In this document: positions 39,414 to 49,669 of the stretch, piece by piece
Layout of the letters: each line of letters opens with the position of its first letter
Position numbering within the stretch: position 1 is the first letter of the stretch
DNA from: Polyangiales bacterium
GTDB lineage: Bacteria > Myxococcota_A > Polyangia > Polyangiales > Houyiibacteriaceae
Assembly (NCBI GenBank): GCA_045106895.1
Contig: JBGCFM010000069.1
Coordinates: 1 to 64,000 of the forward strand
Reading direction: 5' to 3'
Length of the DNA: 64,000 nt
Translations under genes and position numbers: made by a program
Notes under the pieces: generated by a model
Seen by the model: only the letters and a program-made list of their open reading frames with translations
Told to the model about the DNA's origin: nothing
Database searches by the model: none

Positions 39414-40580
39414 TCAGCGGATGTTGACGCGTCGCACATGGCCCTCGTCGCGCTCGGTGATGAGAATATTGCCGGCGCCATCCATGGTCACAGCCCGTGC
39501 TTCGCTGATCTTTTCGCCGGGCGAATCGTATGGCTCGCCGTCGCCGGAGTGTTCGCCCTTGTCCCCGTCGACCATCAAGTGCACGTACCCTGCAACGTCG
39601 AGGTACCAGATCTGTGATCCATCGTGCGTGGCGAGGAGCGCGCCGCCCTCGGGGTGAAACCATATGCCGCGGACCTCGTCGAGGCCGGTCTCAAGGGCCG
39701 GCATGCCGTCTCCGCCGCCGTCCGTGGTTCCGTTTCCGGCGATGACCGTGCGTGTACCATCATCGGCAAGCGCGTACACGAGGTGTGCGCCACGGTCGGT
39801 CACGCCGAGGGTGCCGTCCGGGGCGACATGCAGGTTGGCAAGGGACGAAAAGCCACTCGCAAGAACCTCAACGCCACCATCGGGTGTCCAGCGAAGAAGC
39901 CGCGTGCCCGCAGCGACGTAAGCCAGTGTCTCGTCGTCCGCGACCCAGAGCCCGCGCCCCGCTCCGGCGCCTCCGATCTCGAAGAGAGTGCGGATCTGGC
40001 CATCGATATCGACGGCTCGTACTCGATCGTTGCCGAGGTCTAGAATGTAGAATGTACCATCATCGCGAACCCACAGCCCATTGGGGTTGTCGAGGGCCGC
40101 GGCCGTCGCGGCGCGTGGCGCATCACCGTCAAACCCCGCGACGTTGGTGCCCGCAACCGTGGTGATCACGCCGCTGGCGTCGAGACGACGAACGCCATGC
40201 GCTTCCTTGTCCGCAATGTAGATATTGCCGGCGGCGTCGGCCATCGCCATATGCGGGCGCGAGAGCTCGGCGGCCGTTCCCGGTTCTCCTTCGAAGGACT
40301 CGCTCCAGCCGTTCACCCTATCGACGAGTCCCGTTCCTGCCACCGTTTCCAACAAACCGTAGCGCGAACGTAGCGTGTCGATGTCGAGCACTCCGGCGTC
40401 GGCGGCGAGGGCATCATCGGCGACGGAGTCCGCTTCGTCGATATCCATCACGCGCGCGTCGTCACCCGAGAGGGGAGCGTCCACCGATGATTCCTGGCCA
40501 GCATCTTCTGGCGGCGCGGCGTCGCTCTTGCAGCCCGTACTCAGCGCACATACAAGCACGAGATTCGCTAAAACACGCAT
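39414..40580 (-). CDS. NHL-repeat (beta-propeller) lipoprotein
   Basis: Lipobox LSTGC; repeated TVAGTG, DAAGNIYIAD, GFDGD...AALDNPNG. Confidence 0.85.
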   Translation of the reverse strand: MRVLANLVLVCALSTGCKSDAAPPEDAGQESSVDAPLSGDDARVMDIDEADSVADDALAADAGVLDIDTLRSRYGLLETVAGTGLVDRVNGWSESFEGEPGTAAELSRPHMAMADAAGNIYIADKEAHGVRRLDASGVITTVAGTNVAGFDGDAPRAATAAALDNPNGLWVRDDGTFYILDLGNDRVRAVDIDGQIRTLFEIGGAGAGRGLWVADDETLAYVAAGTRLLRWTPDGGVEVLASGFSSLANLHVAPDGTLGVTDRGAHLVYALADDGTRTVIAGNGTTDGGGDGMPALETGLDEVRGIWFHPEGGALLATHDGSQIWYLDVAGYVHLMVDGDKGEHSGDGEPYDSPGEKISEARAVTMDGAGNILITERDEGHVRRVNIR

Positions 40581-40652
40581 CCCGCGAATCTAGCACGCGG
40601 GAATCTTCGCTTCGGTCGCTTTTCTCCGAAGAATCCGCCGCAAACCAAGCGG

Positions 40653-41630
40653 CTAGGACTTACCCTTCTTCTTCGCAAGGGGATGCGCTTTGTCGTAGAC
40701 CTCCATCAAGCGGTCCACGCTCACCTGGGTGTAGCGCTGGGTCGTGGAGAGGCTGGCGTGGCCGAGGAGCTCTTGAATCGAGCGGAGGTCGGCGCCGGCG
40801 TCGAGGAGATGCGTGGCGCAAGTGTGCCGAAGCGCATGCGGATGAAGGTCCGAGCGTCCGGCGCCAAGGATCCCATAACGACGGACGATATTCTGCGTCT
40901 GTCTCGTACTGAGCGCAGTCCCGTAGCGCCCGACAAAGAGCGCCTCCTCATGAACGACGCCATCTTTCTTACGAAGCGACGCGCGCACCTGAAGGTAGGT
41001 CAGGAGGCTCTCGTGTGCCGCGCGACCGATGGGCACGATGCGCTCTTTGTTGCCTTTGCCGATGACACGCATCTCCCGGCGCGCGAGGTCGACCTGCCTG
41101 AGCGTCAGTCCGGCCAGCTCGCCGACGCGAAGCCCACCTCCATAGAGCAGCTCCAGCATCGCCGCATCGCGCTTGGCGAGGGCGTCGGCTTTAGGACCCC
41201 TTCGTAGGTTCTCTGCGGGCGCTTCCACGACGCGAAGAGCGTCCTCGACGCTGAGAAAGCGAGGGAGCTTCTGTGCACGCTTGGGCGCCCTGAGCGCGCT
41301 CGCGGGGTTGTGCTCAAGGATGCCTCGTCGCCGGAGTAGGCGGAAGAACGAACGAAGGGCGGAGAGCCGCCGGGAAGTCGAAGATGGCGCGAGGGTGCCA
41401 AAGCCCTTGGCGAGAAAGGCACGTAGAACCGTCACGTCGACGTGTCTTGCGTCCAGTGGAAGCCCCGATTCTTCGAGGAACCCACGCAGCACCGACAGTT
41501 CGCGCCGGTACGCCTTGAGCGTGGCTCCGGAGAGACGGCGTTCTTCCTGTAGGTACGAGAAGAAGAGCTCGCTCTGGGCGTCATAAGGTGCGCCGCGGGG
41601 CTCTACAACGCTGCTTTTTGCCTTCGCCAC
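40653..41630 (-). CDS. xerC: Tyrosine recombinase XerC
   Basis: [50 protein letters not shown]; lies beside trmFO and hslVU. Confidence 0.92.
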   Translation of the reverse strand: MAKAKSSVVEPRGAPYDAQSELFFSYLQEERRLSGATLKAYRRELSVLRGFLEESGLPLDARHVDVTVLRAFLAKGFGTLAPSSTSRRLSALRSFFRLLRRRGILEHNPASALRAPKRAQKLPRFLSVEDALRVVEAPAENLRRGPKADALAKRDAAMLELLYGGGLRVGELAGLTLRQVDLARREMRVIGKGNKERIVPIGRAAHESLLTYLQVRASLRKKDGVVHEEALFVGRYGTALSTRQTQNIVRRYGILGAGRSDLHPHALRHTCATHLLDAGADLRSIQELLGHASLSTTQRYTQVSVDRLMEVYDKAHPLAKKKGKS

Positions 41631-41725
41631 CCCCGAAGCCTACCAGCGGGACCTCAAAGGGCCCCACTTCGTGGGGATCCGAAACTCTGCCGACGGTGGC
41701 TCATTCTGCTAGTGTCCGCGCCTTC

Positions 41726-42286
41726 ATGGCCTCCTCCGACGAACGATTTCGCTCCACAACCATCATCGCGGTCCGCAAGGACGGCAAAGCCAGCATGGCC
41801 GGCGACGGCCAGGTAAGCCTCGGCCAGACCGTTCTGAAAGGGAGCGCCAAGAAAGTCCGCCGCATCGCGGACGGAAAGGTCGTCGCAGGCTTTGCGGGCG
41901 CGACGGCGGACGCCTTCACGCTCCTTGAGCGTTTCGAAGGCAAGCTGAAGGAGTACCGCGGCTCGCTCATGCGCGCTGCGGTGGAGCTCACCAAGGACTG
42001 GCGGACGGATCGCTATCTACGCCGTCTCGAAGCCATGCTCATCGTCATGGACAAAGAGACGACTCTTCTCTTGAGCGGCACCGGCGACGTCATCGAACCC
42101 GATGAGGGCGTCATCGCCATCGGCTCCGGCGGCTCTTTCGCTCTGGCGTCGGCGAGGGCGCTCTATCGTCACACGGACATGGACGCGACGGCCATCGCAC
42201 GCGAGTCGCTCACCATCGCCGGCGAAATTTGTGTCTACACGAACGGCAATATCATCGTCGAAGAAATCACGGAGGCTGCACAATGA
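41726..42286 (+). CDS. hslV: ATP-dependent protease subunit HslV
   Basis: [39 protein letters not shown]. Confidence 0.97.
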   Translation: MASSDERFRSTTIIAVRKDGKASMAGDGQVSLGQTVLKGSAKKVRRIADGKVVAGFAGATADAFTLLERFEGKLKEYRGSLMRAAVELTKDWRTDRYLRRLEAMLIVMDKETTLLLSGTGDVIEPDEGVIAIGSGGSFALASARALYRHTDMDATAIARESLTIAGEICVYTNGNIIVEEITEAAQ

Positions 42287-43665
42287 TCAACTTCACCCCA
42301 CGTGAAACCGTGTCGGAACTCGACCGCTACATCATCGGTCAAGACAAAGCCAAACGCGCCGTGGCCATCGCGCTGCGAAACCGTTGGCGTCGTCAGCAAG
42401 TCGCGCCGGAACTCCGCGACGAGATCGCGCCAAAGAACATCATCATGATCGGGCCCACGGGCTGCGGTAAGACGGAGATCGCACGCCGCCTCGCGAAGCT
42501 CGCCAAGGCGCCCTTCGTCAAGGTCGAAGCCTCTAAGTTCACCGAGGTTGGATATGTGGGTCGCGACGTGGAGTCGATGATCCGTGACCTCGTGGAGGTC
42601 GCGATTCAGCTCGTCCAGAAGGAAGCCATCGACGAGGTGAAGGTACGCGCGGAAGGGCACGCCGAAGACCGACTCGTTCAGCTCCTAGCGGACCTTGAAG
42701 CACCGCAACCGCAGAACCCACCGCAGCCAGGACAGATGTTCGGTCCGTTTTCGATGGGCACCAAGGCTCAGGCAACGCCACACCCTGTTTCGCGCCTTGA
42801 GGATATCCGAAAGCGGCTTCGCGCCGGCGAGTTCGACGACACCATGATCGAGCTCGACGTCCAGGACACGGGCAACCCGTTTATGACGGTCTTCGGTCAG
42901 AACGGCACCGAAGAGATGAACCTCAAGGACATGCTCTCGCAGGTCCCGGGGTTTCAGAACAAGACGAAGCGGCGCAAGGCTAAGGTGCCGGACGCGCGCA
43001 AGGCGCTGGAAGAGCAAGAAGCCAAAAAGCTCGTCGACATGGATGGCGTGCAGCGCCGCGCCATCGAGCGCACGGAGCAGGCCGGCATCGTGTTCTTGGA
43101 CGAGATCGACAAGGTGGCGAGTCGTGGCGGCAAGAGCGGCCCCGACGTCTCCCGTGAAGGCGTCCAGCGCGACCTCCTCCCCATCGTCGAAGGCTCCACC
43201 GTCAGTACCAAGTACGGCCCCGTGAAGACCGACCACGTTCTCTTCGTCGCCGCCGGCGCGTTCCATATCTCGAACGTCAGCGACATGATTCCAGAGCTCC
43301 AAGGGCGCTTCCCGATTCGCGTGGAACTCGACAGCCTCAAGAAGGACGACTTCGTCCGCATTTTGACGGAGCCGAAGAACGCGCTGACGCGACAGTATGC
43401 TGCGCTCATGGATACCGAAGGCGTTGAGCTTGTCTTTGAGGACGCAGCCATCGAGGCCATCGCCCACTACGCCGCGCAAGCCAACGAGCGCGCCGAGAAC
43501 ATCGGCGCGCGACGCCTTCATACGGTCCTCGAAGCGATCCTCGAAGAGCTGAGCTACAGCGCCTCGGAGCGCAGCGAACAGCGCTTCGTCGTCGACAAAG
43601 ACCACGTCGAAAAGACCCTCGATCCGATCCTCGGTGACGAGGAACTCTCCCGATACATCCTCTGA
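42283..43665 (+). CDS. hslU: ATP-dependent protease ATPase subunit HslU
   Basis: [34 protein letters not shown]-terminus LSRYIL. Confidence 0.98.
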   Translation: MINFTPRETVSELDRYIIGQDKAKRAVAIALRNRWRRQQVAPELRDEIAPKNIIMIGPTGCGKTEIARRLAKLAKAPFVKVEASKFTEVGYVGRDVESMIRDLVEVAIQLVQKEAIDEVKVRAEGHAEDRLVQLLADLEAPQPQNPPQPGQMFGPFSMGTKAQATPHPVSRLEDIRKRLRAGEFDDTMIELDVQDTGNPFMTVFGQNGTEEMNLKDMLSQVPGFQNKTKRRKAKVPDARKALEEQEAKKLVDMDGVQRRAIERTEQAGIVFLDEIDKVASRGGKSGPDVSREGVQRDLLPIVEGSTVSTKYGPVKTDHVLFVAAGAFHISNVSDMIPELQGRFPIRVELDSLKKDDFVRILTEPKNALTRQYAALMDTEGVELVFEDAAIEAIAHYAAQANERAENIGARRLHTVLEAILEELSYSASERSEQRFVVDKDHVEKTLDPILGDEELSRYIL

Positions 43666-43670
43666 ACGCC

Positions 43671-44540
43671 ATGCACTCCATCGCCGACAAGGCCGCGATC
43701 CTCCACGAGGCGCTTCCCTATATTCGAGCCTTCCACGGGGAGATCTTCGTCATCAAATATGGCGGACACGCCATGGTCGACCCCGCGCTGCGCGATAGCT
43801 TCGCCCGCGACGTCGTCCTCATGAAATACGTCGGTCTCAACCCCGTCGTCGTCCACGGCGGAGGTCCGCAAATCGACGAGACCCTCGCGGAGTTCGGAGT
43901 GGTAAGCGAGCGCGTGGAGGGTCTTCGGGTCACGGACGAGCGCACGATGAAGGTCGTCGAGATGGTCCTTGGCGCGCAGATCAACCAAGAGATCGTGAGC
44001 CTCATCGGCAAACACGGCGGTCGCGCCGTTGGACTCACCGGTAGAGACGACGCGTGCGTGCGTGCGAAGAAGGTCGAGCGCATGACGACGCGCTCGGGCA
44101 AAGAGGTCGACCCTGGGCGCGTCGGGGCCGTCACGAGCGTAAAACCCGAAGTGATTCACCGGCTCGTGGAAGGCGGGTTCATCCCGGTCATTGCCCCCAT
44201 CGCCGTCGACGAGGCGGGGCATTCTCTGAACGTCAACGCCGACACCGTGGCGGGCAAGGTCGCCGAGGCCATCGGCGCGCGTAAGCTCGTCTTGATGACA
44301 GACATCGAAGGCGTCCGTGGCGAAGAGGGCACGGTGATGAGCTCGCTTCGCGCCAGCGAGATTCACACGCTGCAAGAAAAGGGCGTCATCGAGGGGGGCA
44401 TGATTCCCAAAGTCGGGTGCGCCCTCGAGGCCCTCGTGGGCGGCGTCAACAAAGCTCACATCATCGACGGACGCGCCAAACATGCCGTGCTCCTCGAGAT
44501 CTTCACCGACGAAGGCGTCGGTACCGAAATCATGAAATAG
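43671..44540 (+). CDS. argB: Acetylglutamate kinase
   Basis: IKYGGHAM, VHGGGPQI, NVNAD, GGMIPKV, LEIFTDEGVGT. Confidence 0.97.
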   Translation: MHSIADKAAILHEALPYIRAFHGEIFVIKYGGHAMVDPALRDSFARDVVLMKYVGLNPVVVHGGGPQIDETLAEFGVVSERVEGLRVTDERTMKVVEMVLGAQINQEIVSLIGKHGGRAVGLTGRDDACVRAKKVERMTTRSGKEVDPGRVGAVTSVKPEVIHRLVEGGFIPVIAPIAVDEAGHSLNVNADTVAGKVAEAIGARKLVLMTDIEGVRGEEGTVMSSLRASEIHTLQEKGVIEGGMIPKVGCALEALVGGVNKAHIIDGRAKHAVLLEIFTDEGVGTEIMK

Positions 44541-44550
44541 GCGTTTTTCT

Positions 44551-45468
44551 ATGTCTCGCATTCCACGTCACTTCCGTTCCCTTGAAGATGTCTCTCGCGA
44601 AGAGCTCATCGCGCTCCTCGACCTCGCCGACCGGCTGAAGGCGGAGCGCGGAACGTCCGCACACCCCAAGCCCTTGAGCGGCAAGAGTGTGGCGCTCATC
44701 TTCGAGAAGGCCTCCACGCGAACCCGGCTGAGTTTTGAAGTCGGCGTGTCTGAACTCGGCGGCCATCCGCTGATCATCATGGCGAAAGACACGCAGATGG
44801 GTCGCGGGGAACCGCTCTCGGACACCGCGCGCATTTTGTCGGGTTACGTTCACGGGGTGGTGATTCGGACCTTCGGTCACGAGCGTCTCGAGGCGCTCTG
44901 CGATCACGCGTCGATTCCCATCGTGAATGCGCTCACGGACCTCTTTCATCCGTGCCAGCTTCTGGCGGACCTGCAGACGATCCGCGCTCACTTTGGCCGT
45001 CTCGACGTGACCGCTGCTTGGATTGGCGACGGCAACAACATGGCTCACTCGTGGATTCTGGCCGCCGCGCGTGCCGGCCTGTCTCTGCGCATCGCATGCC
45101 CGGAAGGCTACGACCCGGACCCGGCCGTCTTGGCGAAGGGACGCGAGCTCGGAGGGGACATCGTCGTGGTGCGCGATCCCGCCGAGGCCGTCGATGGCGC
45201 GGACGTCGTCAACACGGACGTCTGGGCGAGCATGGGCCAGGAAGACGAGACGAAGGCCCGTCAGCTAGCTTTCGCCGACTACTACGTGGATGAGAAGCTC
45301 ATGGAGCGAGCATCCGAAAACGGCATTTTCCTTCATTGCCTTCCAGCCCATCGTGGGGAGGAAGTCAGTGCAGAGGTCATCGATGGGCCGCGTTCGCAGG
45401 TGTGGAAGCAAGCGGAGAACCGCCTTCACGCCCAAAAGGCACTCCTCGCCACGCTCATCGCGAACTGA
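44551..45468 (+). CDS. argF: Ornithine carbamoyltransferase
   Basis: STRTR, HPCQ, DVWASMG, HCLPAHRG, AENR. Confidence 0.97.
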   Translation: MSRIPRHFRSLEDVSREELIALLDLADRLKAERGTSAHPKPLSGKSVALIFEKASTRTRLSFEVGVSELGGHPLIIMAKDTQMGRGEPLSDTARILSGYVHGVVIRTFGHERLEALCDHASIPIVNALTDLFHPCQLLADLQTIRAHFGRLDVTAAWIGDGNNMAHSWILAAARAGLSLRIACPEGYDPDPAVLAKGRELGGDIVVVRDPAEAVDGADVVNTDVWASMGQEDETKARQLAFADYYVDEKLMERASENGIFLHCLPAHRGEEVSAEVIDGPRSQVWKQAENRLHAQKALLATLIAN

Positions 45469-45538
45469 TCTCGTTTTCCCAAGCTCCGAGCAAAGCGAAC
45501 TCGTGCGGGGCGGTTTTCTAGTGGTACGGTAGGCCGGA

Positions 45539-47119
45539 GTGGGGTCTTCCAACGACAGCGCACGCATTCCACGATTGACCGAGGGGGTCGACGTTCGGGA
45601 CTTGTCCGTCGACCCATTCGAGGGCTTCATGTTGTCACGCATCGACGGCGTGAAGACGGCACAAGAGGTCGCCGATTTGACGGGCTCCGACGTGACGCTC
45701 TTGATGGCCCTCATCGACAGGCTCGCGGAGACCGGAGCGGCGGGCTGGCTGCAGCAGGAGGGCGCGGGCCAAGACGCGGAGTCACCTTCCGGGGCGTCCG
45801 ACCTCGCGTTACCTCCACTGAGCGAGCTTCCCTACGATCCCGCGGAGCTCGACGAAGAGACGGACCTGTCGATGGAGCGGAAGCGCGAGATCCTCGACCG
45901 CTACTACCGCCTCGACGACCTGAACTACTACGAGCTTCTTGGCATCCCGCGAAGCGCCGAGAAGAAAGACGTTCGCGCGGCTTACTTCTCGCTGTCGAAA
46001 GTTTTTCACCCGGACACGCTCTTCGGGAAAGAGCTGGGCTCCTACAAAGCGAAAATGGAGTCCGTCTTTGGCGCGTTGACGAAGGCCTACGAGGTCCTCG
46101 GGAAGAAGCGAAAACGCAAAGACTACGATTTCTATTTAGGACTCACGGACACCACGAAGGCCGCGGAGCAAGGTCTCGCCGAAGCTGAAGTAGACGCGGA
46201 GGCCGTGGCTAAGGAGGTGCTCCAAGAAACGAGCCCTGCTTCGCCGAAGAGCTCCACGCCGCCGCAGTCGACGACGCAGAGCTCGACGCCGCCGCAGTCG
46301 ACGACGCAGAGTTCCACGCCGCCGCGGTCGACGACGCAGAGTTCCACGCCGCCGCGGTCGACAACGCAGAGTTCCACGCCGCCGCGGTCGACGACGCAGA
46401 GTTCGAAGCCGCCAAAGGCAACGTCGTCGTCGCCGCCTCGGACGGAGGCGGCGCGGAAGAGTCGTGCGCGCGAACGCCTCAAACATCGCTTCCAGCGCGC
46501 CGCAAGGCCGGCTCCCGCACCCGCGCCTCTTCCCAAGGTGGAGAGGTCCCGTGAAGACCTATTGCGCGGATTGGCGGGCTCATTGCGCTCCGCCGCTCGA
46601 ATTACCGGCGGCATCGACAAAGCCACCGAGCAGCTTCGGGCCGGCGAAGAGGCGGAAGCGCGAGGAGATCTGCTGTCCGCGACGAATGCATACCGGCTGG
46701 CGCTCTCTCTCAACGACAACCCCGAGATCCAAGCGCGCTACGCTCGTGTTAAGGGTCAGCTCGCGGCAGATTTGGCCGAAAAATACAAAAAGCAGGCCAA
46801 ATACGAGGAAGGGAACCAACAGTGGGGCGCAGCCGCGCTGTCTTGGAAGAAGGTCTGTGAAGGCCGTCCCCACAGCGTTGAGCCTCTCCGGCGTGCCGCA
46901 TATGCCATTCTCCAGGCTGGGGGAGACCTCAAGCACGCTCGGGATCTGGCGCAAAGCGCGGTGAACATCATGCCAACGCACGTGAAGTGCCGTGTCACTT
47001 TGGCACGGGTCTATATCAGCGCTGGGATGCAAAAGAGTGCCCTCGGAGAGCTCCGAGAAGCCGCAAAGCTGGACCCCAGCGACGAGATCGTGAAGAATCT
47101 GCTACGCGATTTGAAGTAG
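45539..47119 (+). CDS. J-domain protein with N-terminal winged-helix-like domain and C-terminal TPR repeats
   Basis: NYYELLGI...SKVFHPD...AYEVL...RKDYD (J domain, intact HPD); TPR-like C-terminus. Confidence 0.88.
   Translation: MGSSNDSARIPRLTEGVDVRDLSVDPFEGFMLSRIDGVKTAQEVADLTGSDVTLLMALIDRLAETGAAGWLQQEGAGQDAESPSGASDLALPPLSELPYDPAELDEETDLSMERKREILDRYYRLDDLNYYELLGIPRSAEKKDVRAAYFSLSKVFHPDTLFGKELGSYKAKMESVFGALTKAYEVLGKKRKRKDYDFYLGLTDTTKAAEQGLAEAEVDAEAVAKEVLQETSPASPKSSTPPQSTTQSSTPPQSTTQSSTPPRSTTQSSTPPRSTTQSSTPPRSTTQSSKPPKATSSSPPRTEAARKSRARERLKHRFQRAARPAPAPAPLPKVERSREDLLRGLAGSLRSAARITGGIDKATEQLRAGEEAEARGDLLSATNAYRLALSLNDNPEIQARYARVKGQLAADLAEKYKKQAKYEEGNQQWGAAALSWKKVCEGRPHSVEPLRRAAYAILQAGGDLKHARDLAQSAVNIMPTHVKCRVTLARVYISAGMQKSALGELREAAKLDPSDEIVKNLLRDLK
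46250..46413. repeat. Intragenic 30-bp tandem repeat, about 5.5 copies, encoding SSTPP(Q/R)STTQ
   Basis: Units at 46250, 46280, 46310, 46340 and 46370 plus a partial unit at 46400, each with 1-3 substitutions. Confidence 0.95.
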
Positions 47120-47146
47120 CGGCCGAGCTCGTTGCATGGAGAATTA

Positions 47147-48973
47147 ATGGATAAGGTCATCGGGATTGATCTCGGCACGTTTAACTCGTGCGTTGCTGTC
47201 GTCGAAAGTGGAACACCAACGGTCATCGCCAATCGCGGCGGTTACAAGGTGACGCCTTCGATGGTGGCGGTGACGGAGGCAGGCAAGCGCCTGGTCGGTC
47301 ACATCGCCAAGCGTCAGGCCGTCACCAACGCGGAGAACACGGTCTTTGCGGCAAAGCGCCTCATCGGACGAAAGTTCGACACCCCGCAGGTGAAGAATGC
47401 GACGTCCACGTGTCCTTACCGCATTGTGGAGGGGCCTCACGGGGACTGTCGTATTCAGCTCCGCGACAAGGTGTATTCCGTTCCCGAAGTGAGCGCGATG
47501 ATCCTTCAAGAGATGAAGATGATCGCCGAAGACTACCTCGGGCATGAGGTGACGCAGGCCGTTGTGACGGTCCCTGCGTACTTCAACGACGGTCAGCGCC
47601 AGGCTACCAAGGACGCTGGGGCCATCGCTGGCCTCGACGTGATCCGCATCATCAACGAGCCCACCGCCGGCGCACTCGCTTACGGCTTTGGCAAGAACAT
47701 CGACCGCACCGTCGCGGTCTATGACCTGGGTGGCGGCACCTTCGATATTTCGATTCTTGAGATCTCGAGCTCCGGTGTCTTCAAGGTGATCTCCACCGCC
47801 GGCGACACATTCCTCGGCGGCGAGGACTTCGACCAGCGCATCATCGACTGGCTTGTTCAAGGCTTCAAAGAAGAGCACGACCTGGACCTTCGCCAGGACC
47901 GAATGGCTCTGCAGCGTCTCAAGGACGCCGCGGAGAAGGCGAAGTGTGAGTTGAGCGCTGTGGTTGAAACGGAAGTGAACCTCCCCTTCATCATCTCCAG
48001 CGCACGCAACGAGGCCCTTCATCTTCAGCGTTTGCTCACGCGCGCGCAGCTTGAAGACCTCACGCGCGACCTCGTCGACCGCACCGTTCAGATCTGCGGC
48101 ATGACGTTGGACGAAGCCGGTCTTGAAAAAGACGAGGTCGAGGACATTGTCCTCGTCGGCGGCATGACGCGTATGCCCCTTGTTCAGGCGGGGGTAACGG
48201 AGTTCTTTGAGCGCGAACCATGCAAGGGCGTGCACGCAGACGAGGTCGTGGGCCTCGGCGCTTCGATTCAAGGCGAGGCGCTCATCGGAGACACCATGGA
48301 CATGGTGCTTCTCGACGTCACGCCACACACGTTGGGCATCATGGTTGTCGGAGGTTACTTCGAGGAACTCATCCCGCAGAACACGACGGTGCCAACGTCG
48401 CGCGGCAAACCTTTCACAACGGTCCGCGAAAACCAGACCGCCGTGAAGATTCTTGTGCTTCAGGGCGAGTCCCGCCGTGCAGAGGAAAACGAGCTTCTCG
48501 GCGAGTTCATTCTGACCGGTCTACGACGAGCACCCGCGGGCGAAGTGGAGGTCGAGGTGACCTTCGAGATCAACGCCGACGGTATCGTCTCGGTCCACGC
48601 GAAAGACAAAGAGACCGGCAAAGAGCAGTCCATCACCGTCACCGCGACGAGCGGCCTGACGAACGATGAGATCGACCAGATGATGGAAGATGCCCAGGAC
48701 TACGCCGTCGCGCGACGCGAAGACGAAGTCATGGAGGGCACCAAGCAAGAGGTCGAGACTCTCATCGCGGAGATCGAACGCCTCTTCCCTGAGGTGGAAG
48801 CGGTCGTGGCGGGAAGTGACTTTGGTCGCGATGCCATCGACAAGGCCCGAGTCAACGTCGAGCGAGCGCGCTCGCTCATGGAACGTGGTGACGCAGCAGG
48901 GCTCAAGGAGCACCTGGACTCTCTCGCGCGCACCCAGCGTATGTTCAAGGGCGTGGTGGGCAAGTCCGCGTGA
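47147..48973 (+). CDS. dnaK: Hsp70/DnaK-family chaperone (probably a specialised paralogue)
   Basis: [45 protein letters not shown]; no disordered acidic C-terminal tail. Confidence 0.93.
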   Translation: MDKVIGIDLGTFNSCVAVVESGTPTVIANRGGYKVTPSMVAVTEAGKRLVGHIAKRQAVTNAENTVFAAKRLIGRKFDTPQVKNATSTCPYRIVEGPHGDCRIQLRDKVYSVPEVSAMILQEMKMIAEDYLGHEVTQAVVTVPAYFNDGQRQATKDAGAIAGLDVIRIINEPTAGALAYGFGKNIDRTVAVYDLGGGTFDISILEISSSGVFKVISTAGDTFLGGEDFDQRIIDWLVQGFKEEHDLDLRQDRMALQRLKDAAEKAKCELSAVVETEVNLPFIISSARNEALHLQRLLTRAQLEDLTRDLVDRTVQICGMTLDEAGLEKDEVEDIVLVGGMTRMPLVQAGVTEFFEREPCKGVHADEVVGLGASIQGEALIGDTMDMVLLDVTPHTLGIMVVGGYFEELIPQNTTVPTSRGKPFTTVRENQTAVKILVLQGESRRAEENELLGEFILTGLRRAPAGEVEVEVTFEINADGIVSVHAKDKETGKEQSITVTATSGLTNDEIDQMMEDAQDYAVARREDEVMEGTKQEVETLIAEIERLFPEVEAVVAGSDFGRDAIDKARVNVERARSLMERGDAAGLKEHLDSLARTQRMFKGVVGKSA

Positions 48974-48986
48974 CCGGCCTGCACCG

Positions 48987-49598
48987 ATGAGTGACGATTC
49001 CGAGAAGGGGCCGGACGACGAAGAGCGAAAGCCACGCTATTCCGAACCGGTTCTTCTGCCTCCTGCGGACGATGAATCGCGACTCACCCTTGAGTTTGAA
49101 GACCTTCCTCTCGCCTTCGCGAAGGAAGACGACGACGAGAGCATTCCTGTCCTCAAGGCGATGGGGGGTCGGGCCGACGAGACCGAGCCCGCACTCAGCC
49201 TCGTCGGGAGCCGTCCAGAGCAACCGGTCATGGACCTACGCTCGGAGATGCGTGAACGCTTCGCCCTCGACGACTTCACCGCCGCGTTGAGCATCGCCGA
49301 ACTCCTCCTCGGCCAAGACCCACGGGACGAAGACGCACTCGGCGTGGCGTCCGAGTGTAGACGCCGCCTCGTTCAGCTCTACACCTCACGGCTCGGTAGC
49401 ATGGCGACGGTGCCGGTCTTAGCGGTGCCCCCGGGAGAGATTCGGTGGCTTGGGCTGGACCACCGTGGTGGGTTCCTCTTGTCACAAATCAACGGCGTCC
49501 ACACCATCGAAGAGTTGTGCGACGTCGCAGGCATGGAGAAGATCGAGGTGCTCAAGACCCTCGCCGAACTTCACAACGTCGGCGCCATCAGCGTCTAA
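48987..49598 (+). CDS. Hypothetical protein with C-terminal winged-helix-like domain shared with the J-domain protein
   Basis: Acidic N-terminus; WLGLDHRGGFLLSQINGVHTIEEL. Confidence 0.72.
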   Translation: MSDDSEKGPDDEERKPRYSEPVLLPPADDESRLTLEFEDLPLAFAKEDDDESIPVLKAMGGRADETEPALSLVGSRPEQPVMDLRSEMRERFALDDFTAALSIAELLLGQDPRDEDALGVASECRRRLVQLYTSRLGSMATVPVLAVPPGEIRWLGLDHRGGFLLSQINGVHTIEELCDVAGMEKIEVLKTLAELHNVGAISV

Positions 49599-49669
49599 AC
49601 TTCCTGCATTGAGCGGGAAGGGTGAGACAGTGGTTGCGCTGGCCTCTCGTCCCGATATCCTCGCTCGCC

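Noticed and set aside
40653..41630. Tyrosine recombinase as a prophage or island integrase
   Set aside because: Size, motifs and position next to trmFO/hslVU fit housekeeping XerC; no att sites, tRNA or phage genes nearby.
41662..41676. CCCCAC-TTC-GTGGGG hairpin between xerC and hslV, and ACTGAA-AGCG-TTCAGT at 61382-61397
   Set aside because: 6-bp stems without U-tracts occur by chance too often to call as terminators or binding sites.
46250..46413. 30-bp repeats as a possible CRISPR array
   Set aside because: The units are head-to-tail with no unique spacers, lie in frame inside a CDS, and there are no cas genes.
47144..48328. 394-aa antisense ORF over dnaK, and similar long antisense ORFs at 4185..5822, 19091..20395, 29904..31193, 42685..43605 and 61971..63143
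   Set aside because: Shadow frames expected from high-GC codon bias opposite well-supported genes; they have no motifs of their own.
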